Positions 17,028 to 25,156 of a stretch of 29,817 nt of DNA are shown piece by piece (the first letter of the stretch is position 1; every line of letters begins with the position of its first letter). A program made the translations under genes and the position numbers. The DNA comes from Bacillota bacterium (GTDB lineage Bacteria; Bacillota; Clostridia; Christensenellales; CAG-138): the NCBI GenBank assembly GCA_023416175.1, contig JAEZIE010000164.1, positions 1 to 29,817 of the forward strand, in the 5' to 3' direction. The notes under the pieces were generated by a model, which saw nothing but the letters and a program-made list of their open reading frames with translations, was not told the origin of the DNA and did no database searches.

Positions 17028-17534
17028 ATGAAAAAGAAATATGGGGTACTCATTGGCTTGGTTGTCCTGCTTGTCGTGGCGGTATTTGTAAACATCAGGC
17101 TGAACGCCGCAGGAGATGACGCACAAAAGGTGAACGCGCCAGGCGCAGCGGACCAGGTGAAAATCACGGGAGCAGAGGATGCGGAGAATTATTATGAGGT
17201 TTTCCGCGCGAACCGGGAGAGCGACCGTGAAGAAGAAGTGGCATACTTGGATGCGATCATTCTAAATGAGGATACGGATGCGGAAACGCTTGCCGACGCG
17301 CAGCAGCAAAAGCTTGCCATTGTGGACAGCATGGAGAAGGAACGCAACATTGAAAGCCTCATTATGGCCAAAGGCTTTGCGGATGTGGCGGCGATGGTCA
17401 GGGAAGACAGCGTCGATGTTGTCGTAAAGGCGGGTCAAATAGACGCCAAGCAGGCTGCCCAGATACTCGATATTGTGTACAGCGAGACGGAGATGGACGC
17501 GCAGCATGTGAAAATACATCCTTCCGCAGGCTAA
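17028..17534 (+). CDS. spoIIIAH: Stage III sporulation protein AH
   Basis: N-terminal TM, YYEVFRANRE, IESLIMAKGFAD and VDVVV...AAQILDIV; last gene of the operon. Confidence 0.9.
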   Translation: MKKKYGVLIGLVVLLVVAVFVNIRLNAAGDDAQKVNAPGAADQVKITGAEDAENYYEVFRANRESDREEEVAYLDAIILNEDTDAETLADAQQQKLAIVDSMEKERNIESLIMAKGFADVAAMVREDSVDVVVKAGQIDAKQAAQILDIVYSETEMDAQHVKIHPSAG

Positions 17535-17581
17535 AATACGGAAGGACACGGCATCTCCACCAATTTTATGGAACCCCTTGT

Positions 17582-17609
17582 TTGCATTAACAATTGCATC
17601 TGCTATAAT
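17582..17609 (+). promoter_or_regulatory. SigA-type promoter of the asp23 operon
   Basis: TTGCAT-N16-TATAAT with an extended -10 (TGcTATAAT). Confidence 0.7.
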
Positions 17610-17666
17610 AGAAAGACCGGATGCGCATAAACGGTGCCGGAGATGCAATGGAAGAGGAGGAGCTCT

Positions 17667-18122
17667 ATGGACAACAGCAACGAGATCATTCCCGTAATCA
17701 AAGGCGGCGAAGGCGGTAAAATTGTATTTGCATCGGATGTAATCGCAACAATTGCGGCGCTGGCCGCTGCGGACGTAGCTGGCGTTGCGGGCATGAGCGG
17801 TGGCATGGTAGAAGGCATTACCGAAATGTTGGGCCGCAAGAATCTGACAAAGGGCGTCAAGGTCGAAGTCGGAACGGAAGAAACGGCTATTGACGTAAGC
17901 GTTATTATCAAATACGGATATCGCATTCAAGATGTATGCGCCAATATCCAGCAGTCTATCCGCGGCGCCGTGGAGACCATGACAGGCCTCCGCGTGGTGG
18001 AAGCGAACGTGTACGTGCAGGCGGTCAGTTTCGAAACCGAAGAAGTTGTGCGCGAAGAGAAGCCCAAGAAGGAAAAGCCGGAAAAGGAACCTAAGCCGGT
18101 TGAACCGCCCCGCGTCAGATAG
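17667..18122 (+). CDS. Asp23/Gls24 family envelope stress protein (YqhY-like)
   Basis: DVIATIA...VAGVAGM, KNLTKGVKV and VETMTGLRVVEANVYV. GAGGAGG RBS before ATG 17667. Confidence 0.92.
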   Translation: MDNSNEIIPVIKGGEGGKIVFASDVIATIAALAAADVAGVAGMSGGMVEGITEMLGRKNLTKGVKVEVGTEETAIDVSVIIKYGYRIQDVCANIQQSIRGAVETMTGLRVVEANVYVQAVSFETEEVVREEKPKKEKPEKEPKPVEPPRVR

Positions 18123-18254
18123 AAGTTTATTTTTCATGATAGGCCCGGGGCTGTCCTGACCGCTCCAATGCGTTCTGGACGGTCCCGTAAGACCCGTTTG
18201 GTTCGTGATACTTAAAGTACGAAAGCTGACGGCTATTTAGCAGGAGATATACAT

Positions 18255-18815
18255 ATGAAGGCAAAGCTCTTTGATCGGATTCTATTGGCGCTGCTGCTGA
18301 TCGTAACGCTCGTTCTTTCGCTGCTGCTCATTGCGCTTGCTGCGCGTATCATTCCGGTGGACAATCTCAAAGCATTTTTGGACGTGCTGTATATGGGCAC
18401 CAACAATGCTATTATACTCGCTTGCTCGGGCCTGGTACTATTCATCATCACCGTTCGGTTGATGTTTGCAGGAAGCAGCAAAAAAGAGGTGCAGCCCACC
18501 TCCACACTGGTACAGGCTACGGAGCTTGGGGCAACGTTCATCACGCTTTCCGCCATCGACAGCATGGTGCAGAAGCACTGCCGGGCCAACAACCGCATTC
18601 GCAATGTGGTAAGCAGCGTGCGCTCCGTACGTGAAGGCGGTATCACGCTAACCGTACGCCTTGCGCTCATGCCGGATACGGATATCCCCACGCTTTCTGC
18701 GGAGCTTCAAAAGACGCTCAAGGACTACGTGGAAAAGAACTCTGGCATCAATGTGCGGGAAATCGGCATATTGGTTGAAGATACCTCCAGTAACCCCAAG
18801 AGCCGCGTGGAATAG
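18255..18815 (+). CDS. amaP: Alkaline shock response membrane anchor protein AmaP
   Basis: Two N-terminal TMs, TELG...ITLSAI, LQKTLKDYVEKNSGINV and C-terminal RVE; downstream of asp23. Confidence 0.82.
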   Translation: MKAKLFDRILLALLLIVTLVLSLLLIALAARIIPVDNLKAFLDVLYMGTNNAIILACSGLVLFIITVRLMFAGSSKKEVQPTSTLVQATELGATFITLSAIDSMVQKHCRANNRIRNVVSSVRSVREGGITLTVRLALMPDTDIPTLSAELQKTLKDYVEKNSGINVREIGILVEDTSSNPKSRVE

Positions 18816-18837
18816 CGCGGTGGAATGAGGTGGCAGC

Positions 18838-19068
18838 ATGCCTGGGTGGAAAGAAAGATTGCTTGTGTTTTATACCGAGCATAAATGGACGATATGGCTC
18901 GTTGCACTGGGCCTATTAATCGGCATTCTGATCCTTACGATCAACTTCTGGCGGACGCTTCTGTTGATCGTGGTGGTGGGCTTGTGCTTTGTGATAGGGA
19001 GCCTGATGGACAAAGGCGGATGGGAAATGGTTAAGACCTTTCTGGATCGCATTTTGCCCAGGAGATAA
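18838..19068 (+). CDS. Small membrane protein, DUF2273-like
   Basis: Two TMs with FWRTL...IGSLMD; usual position between amaP and nusB. Confidence 0.78.
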   Translation: MPGWKERLLVFYTEHKWTIWLVALGLLIGILILTINFWRTLLLIVVVGLCFVIGSLMDKGGWEMVKTFLDRILPRR

Positions 19069-19099
19069 AAAGCGAGACCGGGGAGGATTATACCTGCGT

Positions 19100-19510
19100 A
19101 TGAGCAGAAAGATCGCGCGAGAAGTCGCAATGAAGCTGATGTTTGCACGAATGCTTGGGGGAGAGAACGATTACCGCTGCATTCTGGAGCAGACCGGTAT
19201 TGTGGACGAGCCTCTACAAGAAGACATTGAGTTTGCGGACAACCTTGTTGCCGGTATTGAAGAGAGCGCTGGAGAAATCGATGCGCTCATCGGCGGCAAC
19301 GCCATAGGCTGGACAGTCGGCCGCATGCCCAAGGTGGATCTTTGTATTTTGCGCATCGCGCTTTATGAAATGCTGCACCGGAAAGATATCCCGCACAGTG
19401 TTTCCATCAACGAGGCGGTAGAGCTTGCCAAACGCTTTGCGGGGGACAAATCCCCGGCTTACATCAACGGCATTTTGGGAACACTTTCCAAGCAACTCGA
19501 ACACGTGTAA
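19100..19510 (+). CDS. nusB: Transcription antitermination factor NusB
   Basis: SRKIAREVAM, WTVGRMPKVD, VSINEAVELAKRF and YINGILG. Confidence 0.95.
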   Translation: MSRKIAREVAMKLMFARMLGGENDYRCILEQTGIVDEPLQEDIEFADNLVAGIEESAGEIDALIGGNAIGWTVGRMPKVDLCILRIALYEMLHRKDIPHSVSINEAVELAKRFAGDKSPAYINGILGTLSKQLEHV

Positions 19511-19743
19511 AGAGAGGCACAGGCGAGCCGGGACAAAGCGCTTTATCTGGGGCTTGATAAAAGCTATTATACCACTTCCATCGCTTGATTAGGGCATTCG
19601 GGCATCGTCTGTAATGAAAGGACGATGCTTCGTGTTCATTTGGGGGAAGTGGGGCTTGGGTAACCCGAAGGCGTAGCGTTGCTTGCAAAAGATATGATTC
19701 CAATCATTGATACAGGGACGGATCGGTAAAGGAGGTAGAACTT

Positions 19744-20598
19744 ATGGCAAAAGCACAGCTGATCGACGGAAAAGCGGTTGCCGCGGCAAAGCGGGAGGCG
19801 CTTTTACCGCGTATCGAACGATTGAAACAGGCGGGTGTGACGCCGGGCCTGTGCGTTGTCTTGGTGGGGAACGATCCCGCCTCAGAAAGCTATGTGGCGA
19901 GCAAGGAGCGCATGGCGTCTTCCCTTGGCATGCATGGCGTCGTATACCGCCTGCCGGAGGAAACAACACAGCACGAGCTTCTGGAACGGATTACAGCACT
20001 CAACGCGGACCCTCTGATACACGGCATACTTGTCCAGCTTCCGCTGCCCCGGCAGATTGATCCTTCCGCCGTTGCGTTGGCGATTTTACCTGAAAAGGAC
20101 GTGGACGGGCTTCATCCCGTCAATGCAGGCAGACTTTTGGCGAAAGAGCCCTGCATGGTGCCCTGTACGCCCAACGGTGTGATCGACCTCATCAAAAGCA
20201 CCGGAACTCAGATGAATGGCAAGCATGCGGTGGTAATTGGCCGCAGCGACATCGTTGGTAAGCCTGCAGCCATACTCCTGATGCATCATGACGCGACCGT
20301 TACCATCTGCCATTCCCGGACAAAAGATCTTGCAGCATTTACAAGAGGGGCGGATATCCTGGTATGCGCAATCGGCAAGCCCGGTATGATTACAGGCAAT
20401 ATGATAAAACCCGGTGCTGTTGTGATCGACGTTGGTACCAGCCGTGTAGATGGCAAGCTGTGCGGGGATGTAGCGTTCGACGAAGCGGTGGAGGTAGCGG
20501 GGTATTTGACCCCCGTACCCGGCGGCGTTGGGCCAATGACCATAGCCATGCTGATGCAGAACACCGTGGAGGCGGCTGAACGGCAGGCCGGTCTATAG
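19744..20598 (+). CDS. folD: Methylenetetrahydrofolate dehydrogenase/cyclohydrolase
   Basis: [30 protein letters not shown] and [11 protein letters not shown]. Confidence 0.97.
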   Translation: MAKAQLIDGKAVAAAKREALLPRIERLKQAGVTPGLCVVLVGNDPASESYVASKERMASSLGMHGVVYRLPEETTQHELLERITALNADPLIHGILVQLPLPRQIDPSAVALAILPEKDVDGLHPVNAGRLLAKEPCMVPCTPNGVIDLIKSTGTQMNGKHAVVIGRSDIVGKPAAILLMHHDATVTICHSRTKDLAAFTRGADILVCAIGKPGMITGNMIKPGAVVIDVGTSRVDGKLCGDVAFDEAVEVAGYLTPVPGGVGPMTIAMLMQNTVEAAERQAGL

Positions 20599-21828
20599 AT
20601 GGCGCAACGGATTTTGACGGTAACACAGCTCAACGAATATGTCGGCAATCTTCTAAATGGCGACCCGGTTTTGCGAACGCTACGGGTGCAGGGGGAGATT
20701 TCCGGCTTCAAACTCCATACCTCGGGCCACATGTATTTTCAATTAAAGGATGAAAGCGCAGTCCTTCGGTGCGTCATGTTCCGCTCTGCGGCCATGTCGG
20801 TACGCTTCCAGCCCCAGGATGGTATGAAGGTCATTGTGGATGGCTATGCTTCGCTGTATACGAAGGATGGCCAGTTCCAGCTCTACGCGCAGGCCATGCA
20901 GAAGGACGGGGAGGGAGAGCTCTACCAGCGCTTCTTGCTGCTAAAGACCAAGCTGGAGGCTATGGGCTACTTTGACCCTGCAAGAAAACGGCTTATTCCA
21001 TTCCTGCCCAAGAAAGTTGGCGTTGTCACCTCAGGGACGGGAGCGGCGCTGCAGGACATTCTGCAAATTATACGCCGCAGGTTTCCCAATATGGACATAG
21101 TGGTCTGTCCGGTGCTGGTACAGGGGACGGGCGCTGCTGCGGATGTTGCGGCGGGTATTCGCGCCATGAACGCGTATGGCGGCGTCAGCGTACTGATTGT
21201 GGGGCGCGGCGGCGGCAGCATGGAGGACCTTTGGGCTTTCAATGAACCGGAAGTTGTCAAGGCGGTATTTGAAAGCCGCATACCCGTTATTTCCGCGGTG
21301 GGCCATGAAACGGATATCACGCTTTGCGATTTTACAGCCGATCTTCGCGCGCCTACGCCTTCGGCGGCGGCAGAGCTTGCCGTACCCGCCTATGACGGGC
21401 TTTTGCAGCGGGTGGACGAGCTATCTTCGGAGCGGCTGTATCGGGCGTCGTTTCGCAGCCTTTCCGTTAAGCGTGAGCGTATCGGGCTTCTGATGCGCGC
21501 TCGGGGGTTTTCGGCCTCGTCGCACCGCGCTGCTCTCGAGCGGAAGCGTCTGGAGCATGCCGCGAAAAAATTGGAGGATACCGGTGCAAGCGCGCTGTTA
21601 CAGCACAGAACAAAGGTGGACGGGCTGCTGCACCGTCTGCGCGCATTATCCCCAGACGCGGTTTTAGATCGCGGCTATGCCATCATAACCGACGAGGGAG
21701 GACGTATCTTGCACAATACCTCCAACATGAATACCGGTATGCCGGTGGTGTTGCATATGAATGACGGTGCGGCACAGGCGCGCATCGACCGGGTTACAGC
21801 AGCGAACCTGCTGAAAAAAGGAGAGTAG
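20599..21828 (+). CDS. xseA: Exodeoxyribonuclease VII large subunit
   Basis: GEISGF...SGHMYF, GRGGGSMEDLWAFN, SAVGHETD and APTPSAAAE. Confidence 0.96.
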   Translation: MAQRILTVTQLNEYVGNLLNGDPVLRTLRVQGEISGFKLHTSGHMYFQLKDESAVLRCVMFRSAAMSVRFQPQDGMKVIVDGYASLYTKDGQFQLYAQAMQKDGEGELYQRFLLLKTKLEAMGYFDPARKRLIPFLPKKVGVVTSGTGAALQDILQIIRRRFPNMDIVVCPVLVQGTGAAADVAAGIRAMNAYGGVSVLIVGRGGGSMEDLWAFNEPEVVKAVFESRIPVISAVGHETDITLCDFTADLRAPTPSAAAELAVPAYDGLLQRVDELSSERLYRASFRSLSVKRERIGLLMRARGFSASSHRAALERKRLEHAAKKLEDTGASALLQHRTKVDGLLHRLRALSPDAVLDRGYAIITDEGGRILHNTSNMNTGMPVVLHMNDGAAQARIDRVTAANLLKKGE

Positions 21829-21829
21829 C

Positions 21830-22048
21830 ATGCTTAATGAGCAAATGATACCGCAGGATGCGCCGTTTGAAGCGCTGATGGAGGAACTTGAGACGATCGT
21901 ACAAAAGCTTGAAAGCGGGAACAGCCCGCTCGAGGAGATGGTCTCCCTGTATGAGCGCGGGGCGGCTCTTGGCAAACGCTGCATGGAGCTACTGGAAGCC
22001 TATGAAGGGCGACTGACCACACTCAACCGCCCGGAGGACCAGGAATGA
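21830..22048 (+). CDS. xseB: Exodeoxyribonuclease VII small subunit
   Basis: FEALMEELETIVQKLESG...LEE...YERG. Confidence 0.93.
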   Translation: MLNEQMIPQDAPFEALMEELETIVQKLESGNSPLEEMVSLYERGAALGKRCMELLEAYEGRLTTLNRPEDQE

Positions 22049-22929
22049 GTTTTTTGGAAAAGCAGAAGCAGTATGCATCGCTTGTGGATGAGGCGCTTTC
22101 TGTGTACCTGACGGCGGCGGACATCCCGAAACAGCTTCTTGAAGGTATGTCCTACAGCGTGTTTGCGGGTGGAAAACGACTGCGCCCCGCCATGGCTTTA
22201 GCCGCATGCGAAATGCTCAACGGCTCTTTGGAGGACGCTATGCCGTTTGCGTGCGCGCTCGAAATGATCCATACATATTCCCTGATCCATGACGACCTTC
22301 CTGCCATGGACAACGACGATTACCGCCGCGGCAAGTTGACCAACCATAAGGTATTCGGCGAAGGACAGGCGGTTCTTGCCGGGGACGCATTGCTTTCCTA
22401 TGCGTTCGAGTTGATGCTCAAAGAACTTGTAAAGCGACCGGAACATCGGTTCGCGCTTGCGGCTCAGGCGGTTGCAAGGGGTGCGGGCGTTCGCGGCATG
22501 GTGGCAGGGCAATGCCTTGATCTTCAGTACGAAGGCAAGGGCAGGGTGGAAGAAGACGAGCTTCTATGCGTCCACCAAGGAAAAACCGCTGCCATGCTCC
22601 TTGCATCAGTGGAGGCAGGGGCGTATTGTGCAGGCGCAGGCGAAGAAACGCTTGCACAGTTAAATGCGTTTGGCATCCACTACGGCCTGCTGTTCCAAAT
22701 TACGGACGATATCCTGGATATCACGGGCGATGAAGGCAATATGGGCAAGACGCTTGGTAAAGACGAAAAAGCAGGGAAGCTGACGTTCCCTGCGGTGTAT
22801 GGGCTGAATGGCGCAATGGTAAAAGCGGAGGAAGCGGCGGCTGGTGCCCTCACGGCACTCAGTACGCTGGGAGAACAGGCCTGGTTTTTCAGGGAACTCG
22901 TATCTTATACGCTCACGCGCAAGTCCTGA
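22045..22929 (+). CDS. ispA: Polyprenyl (farnesyl diphosphate) synthase
   Basis: GGKRLRP, SLIHDDLPAMDNDDYRRG, FQITDDILD and GKTLGKD. Confidence 0.95.
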   Translation: MSFLEKQKQYASLVDEALSVYLTAADIPKQLLEGMSYSVFAGGKRLRPAMALAACEMLNGSLEDAMPFACALEMIHTYSLIHDDLPAMDNDDYRRGKLTNHKVFGEGQAVLAGDALLSYAFELMLKELVKRPEHRFALAAQAVARGAGVRGMVAGQCLDLQYEGKGRVEEDELLCVHQGKTAAMLLASVEAGAYCAGAGEETLAQLNAFGIHYGLLFQITDDILDITGDEGNMGKTLGKDEKAGKLTFPAVYGLNGAMVKAEEAAAGALTALSTLGEQAWFFRELVSYTLTRKS

Positions 22930-22938
22930 TCCGATACG

Positions 22939-23715
22939 TCAGATGGAAATTTCTATACGTACCCTGTCTGCGATCATGGCGATAAACTCTGCGTTTGTCG
23001 GTTTGCCCTTGAGATCGTCGATGGTGTAGCCAAAGTATTGGTTTAATATCTGGGCATTACCCCTTGCCCAGGCAACCTCTATCGCATTTCTTATTGCACG
23101 CTCCACCAGCGGGGGGCGTGTATTATATTGCCTTGAGATGTGTGGGTAAATATCCTTCGTCACAGCCACGGAGGAAGGATCCTTCGCTTCCACGGAATAC
23201 TGGATAGCGCTTCTCAAATAGTGGTAGCCTCTCAAATGCGCGGGTATGCCAACCGCGCGTATCTGACGGGTGATCTCCGCGTTCAACTCATCGTTGACAT
23301 GCTTTACGGGAAGGACGGGGGTCATTTGTCCAAGGTTTGTATCCGTAGCGCGCATTAGCTGCATAATGCGCGGTATGATATGTTCCGGTCCCATAGGTTT
23401 TACAAAACAGTATACCACATGGAGACTCTGCAGGTCCTGCAGAAGGCGGCTGTCCAAAAAAGCGGTGCATATGAACACGGCCGGACGGGTTTCGCTTTTC
23501 ATTAACTGAATGTTGCTCAAGACACTCAGCCCGTCCTGTACGGGCATCACGATATCCATCAACAGAACATCCACCTTTTGGGATGCAAGCGTCCCCAAAA
23601 TATCCTTGCCGCTGTGCACATAAGGAAGCACATGTATCGTTTCATAATTGCGGCAGAATTGTGCGATTTCTCCGCAGGTGGCTACGTCTCTATCCGCTAT
23701 GAGTAGATTCAACAA
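22939..23715 (-). CDS. spo0A: Sporulation master regulator Spo0A (divergent)
   Basis: Receiver domain (MDIVMPVQDG, KP) plus the Spo0A C-domain (GIPAHLRGYHYLR, VERAIRNAIEVAW, KPTNAEFIAMIAD); follows spoIVB. TTG start after GGAGGTG. Confidence 0.92.
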   Translation of the reverse strand: MLNLLIADRDVATCGEIAQFCRNYETIHVLPYVHSGKDILGTLASQKVDVLLMDIVMPVQDGLSVLSNIQLMKSETRPAVFICTAFLDSRLLQDLQSLHVVYCFVKPMGPEHIIPRIMQLMRATDTNLGQMTPVLPVKHVNDELNAEITRQIRAVGIPAHLRGYHYLRSAIQYSVEAKDPSSVAVTKDIYPHISRQYNTRPPLVERAIRNAIEVAWARGNAQILNQYFGYTIDDLKGKPTNAEFIAMIADRVRIEISI

Positions 23716-23761
23716 GTGTGCGTCACCTCCGACCTACTTTATGATACCAAAAAATTACCAG

Positions 23762-25027
23762 TTATGCTATCTGCTGTTGCATCCATTGTGCATACATACA
23801 GTATCCTTTTGTAGGATCATTGATGAAAACATGCGTCACAACGCCAATCAGTTTCCCGTTTTGAATCAGCGGGCTGCCGCTCATGCCCTGTACAATACCG
23901 CCGGTCATTTGCATAAGTTTCGGGTCGGTAATTTCGATAACCATGCCCTTTGGTGCAGGACTTTCTTGGGGATTGAGCTTGATCACGTTGCAGGAATACG
24001 CCTTGATGCCTTCGTCATTGAGCGTGGTCAAAAGCTGGGCAGGGCCAAGTTGGACTTCCTCGGGATACGCCATGGGCAGCCCTTCTGGGAAGAGCGCGTT
24101 GAAATAATCCTTATACATTCGCCCGTATATGCCATATTGGCTATTGGTTTCGATTGTGCCAAGCGGCAGGCTGGCCTCGCCAAATTCACCCCGAATTTCG
24201 CCCGGTTCCCCCTGTGCACCCTGTACAATATCCACGATATTGGACTGCACGATTTCTCCGTCGCGCACAGTCAGGCTTTGTCTTGTATCCACATCGGTAA
24301 TGGCATGTCCAAGCGCAGCGTACCATTTGGAAGCAGGATCGTAGAAGGATAGGGTGCCAACGCCCGCTGTGCTATCACGCACCCACATACCCATGCGGTA
24401 CTTGCCTTCAGCCGGGTCGAGTGCAGGCCTCAGATCCATGGTCATTTTCTGTCCGCCACGTATGATGGAAAGGGTAACCTTATCCTGGCTTTCATTGCAG
24501 ATCTGCTTGAGATGTGCAGCGTCTTTGATTTCTATTCCGTTTGCTTTTTCAATGAGGTCTCCGGCCTGAATGCCTGCCGAAGCGGCCGGGCTTGCTTCCT
24601 GCCCGTCCGAAAGCGTAATGGAGGCGATGCCTACCACCAAAGCGCCGCGCGTATGTAGCGTCACCCCGATCGAGGTGCCGCCGGGAACAAGCATGATTTC
24701 ATCGCGTACATGAATATTGATCTGTTTTACGGGAATGACGCCCAGAAGACGGATAGTCAGGTGGGAGGTATGTCCGCCGGAACCGATTGCTTCGGCAAGC
24801 GTTTCGTCTTCATAGCTGGATACGCCGATGGTGTCGTCATCGGAAAATGCACTGAAGATGTCGTTTGAGCCAAGTGGCAGGGAATAGGACGTACCTGCCT
24901 GCACGTGAATATCCTCCGAGAGCTTGCGCAGGGAGGACAGCGGTTCCATATAATTGAACGTTAAGATTGCTGCACAAAGTACTATGCCGAACGCCTTAGA
25001 AAGGAACGGCGCAAAGTCCTTTTTCAA
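23762..25027 (-). CDS. spoIVB: SpoIVB peptidase (S55) with PDZ domain
   Basis: GMWVRDSTAGVGTL, ALGHAITD and GIVQGMSGSP. Start placed at TTG 25027 because the GTG at 25036 is part of the GAGGTG RBS. Confidence 0.94.
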   Translation of the reverse strand: MKKDFAPFLSKAFGIVLCAAILTFNYMEPLSSLRKLSEDIHVQAGTSYSLPLGSNDIFSAFSDDDTIGVSSYEDETLAEAIGSGGHTSHLTIRLLGVIPVKQINIHVRDEIMLVPGGTSIGVTLHTRGALVVGIASITLSDGQEASPAASAGIQAGDLIEKANGIEIKDAAHLKQICNESQDKVTLSIIRGGQKMTMDLRPALDPAEGKYRMGMWVRDSTAGVGTLSFYDPASKWYAALGHAITDVDTRQSLTVRDGEIVQSNIVDIVQGAQGEPGEIRGEFGEASLPLGTIETNSQYGIYGRMYKDYFNALFPEGLPMAYPEEVQLGPAQLLTTLNDEGIKAYSCNVIKLNPQESPAPKGMVIEITDPKLMQMTGGIVQGMSGSPLIQNGKLIGVVTHVFINDPTKGYCMYAQWMQQQIA

Positions 25028-25075
25028 ATCAAACACCTCATATATTCATCAATCGCTCTAAAAGAGCATCAGTTT

Positions 25076-25105
25076 TATGATGAACATTGAGCCGTATGTC
25101 TATGC
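25076..25105 (-). promoter_or_regulatory. Possible forespore (SigG-type) promoter of spoIVB
   Basis: Minus strand GCATA-N18-CATCATA, one mismatch to the SigG -10 CATWMTA. spoIVB is SigF/SigG-driven in B. subtilis. Confidence 0.4.
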
Positions 25106-25156
25106 CCATTTAGACGGTATTTGATTTGTTTAATTCAGGGATTCGTACCAGTCAGG

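Noticed and set aside
15049..18137. Long antisense ORFs 15049-15912 and 17262-18137, and other short overlapping ORFs
   Set aside because: They overlap well-supported genes and have no recognisable domains.
18140..18235. Hammerhead ribozyme (CTGA...CGAAA)
   Set aside because: The core CUGANGA is not matched and the stems do not close around the core.
19511..19743. THF or ZTP riboswitch upstream of folD
   Set aside because: The hallmark segments I recall (THF: AGAGUAG, GUUAAGUG; ZTP: GACUGGCG, CGCCUGGGC) are absent.
22929..22939. OLE RNA and oapA, which lie directly after ispA in some Firmicutes
   Set aside because: Only 9 bp follow ispA, and the tlyA-spoIIM gap is under 200 bp, so a ~600-nt RNA cannot fit.
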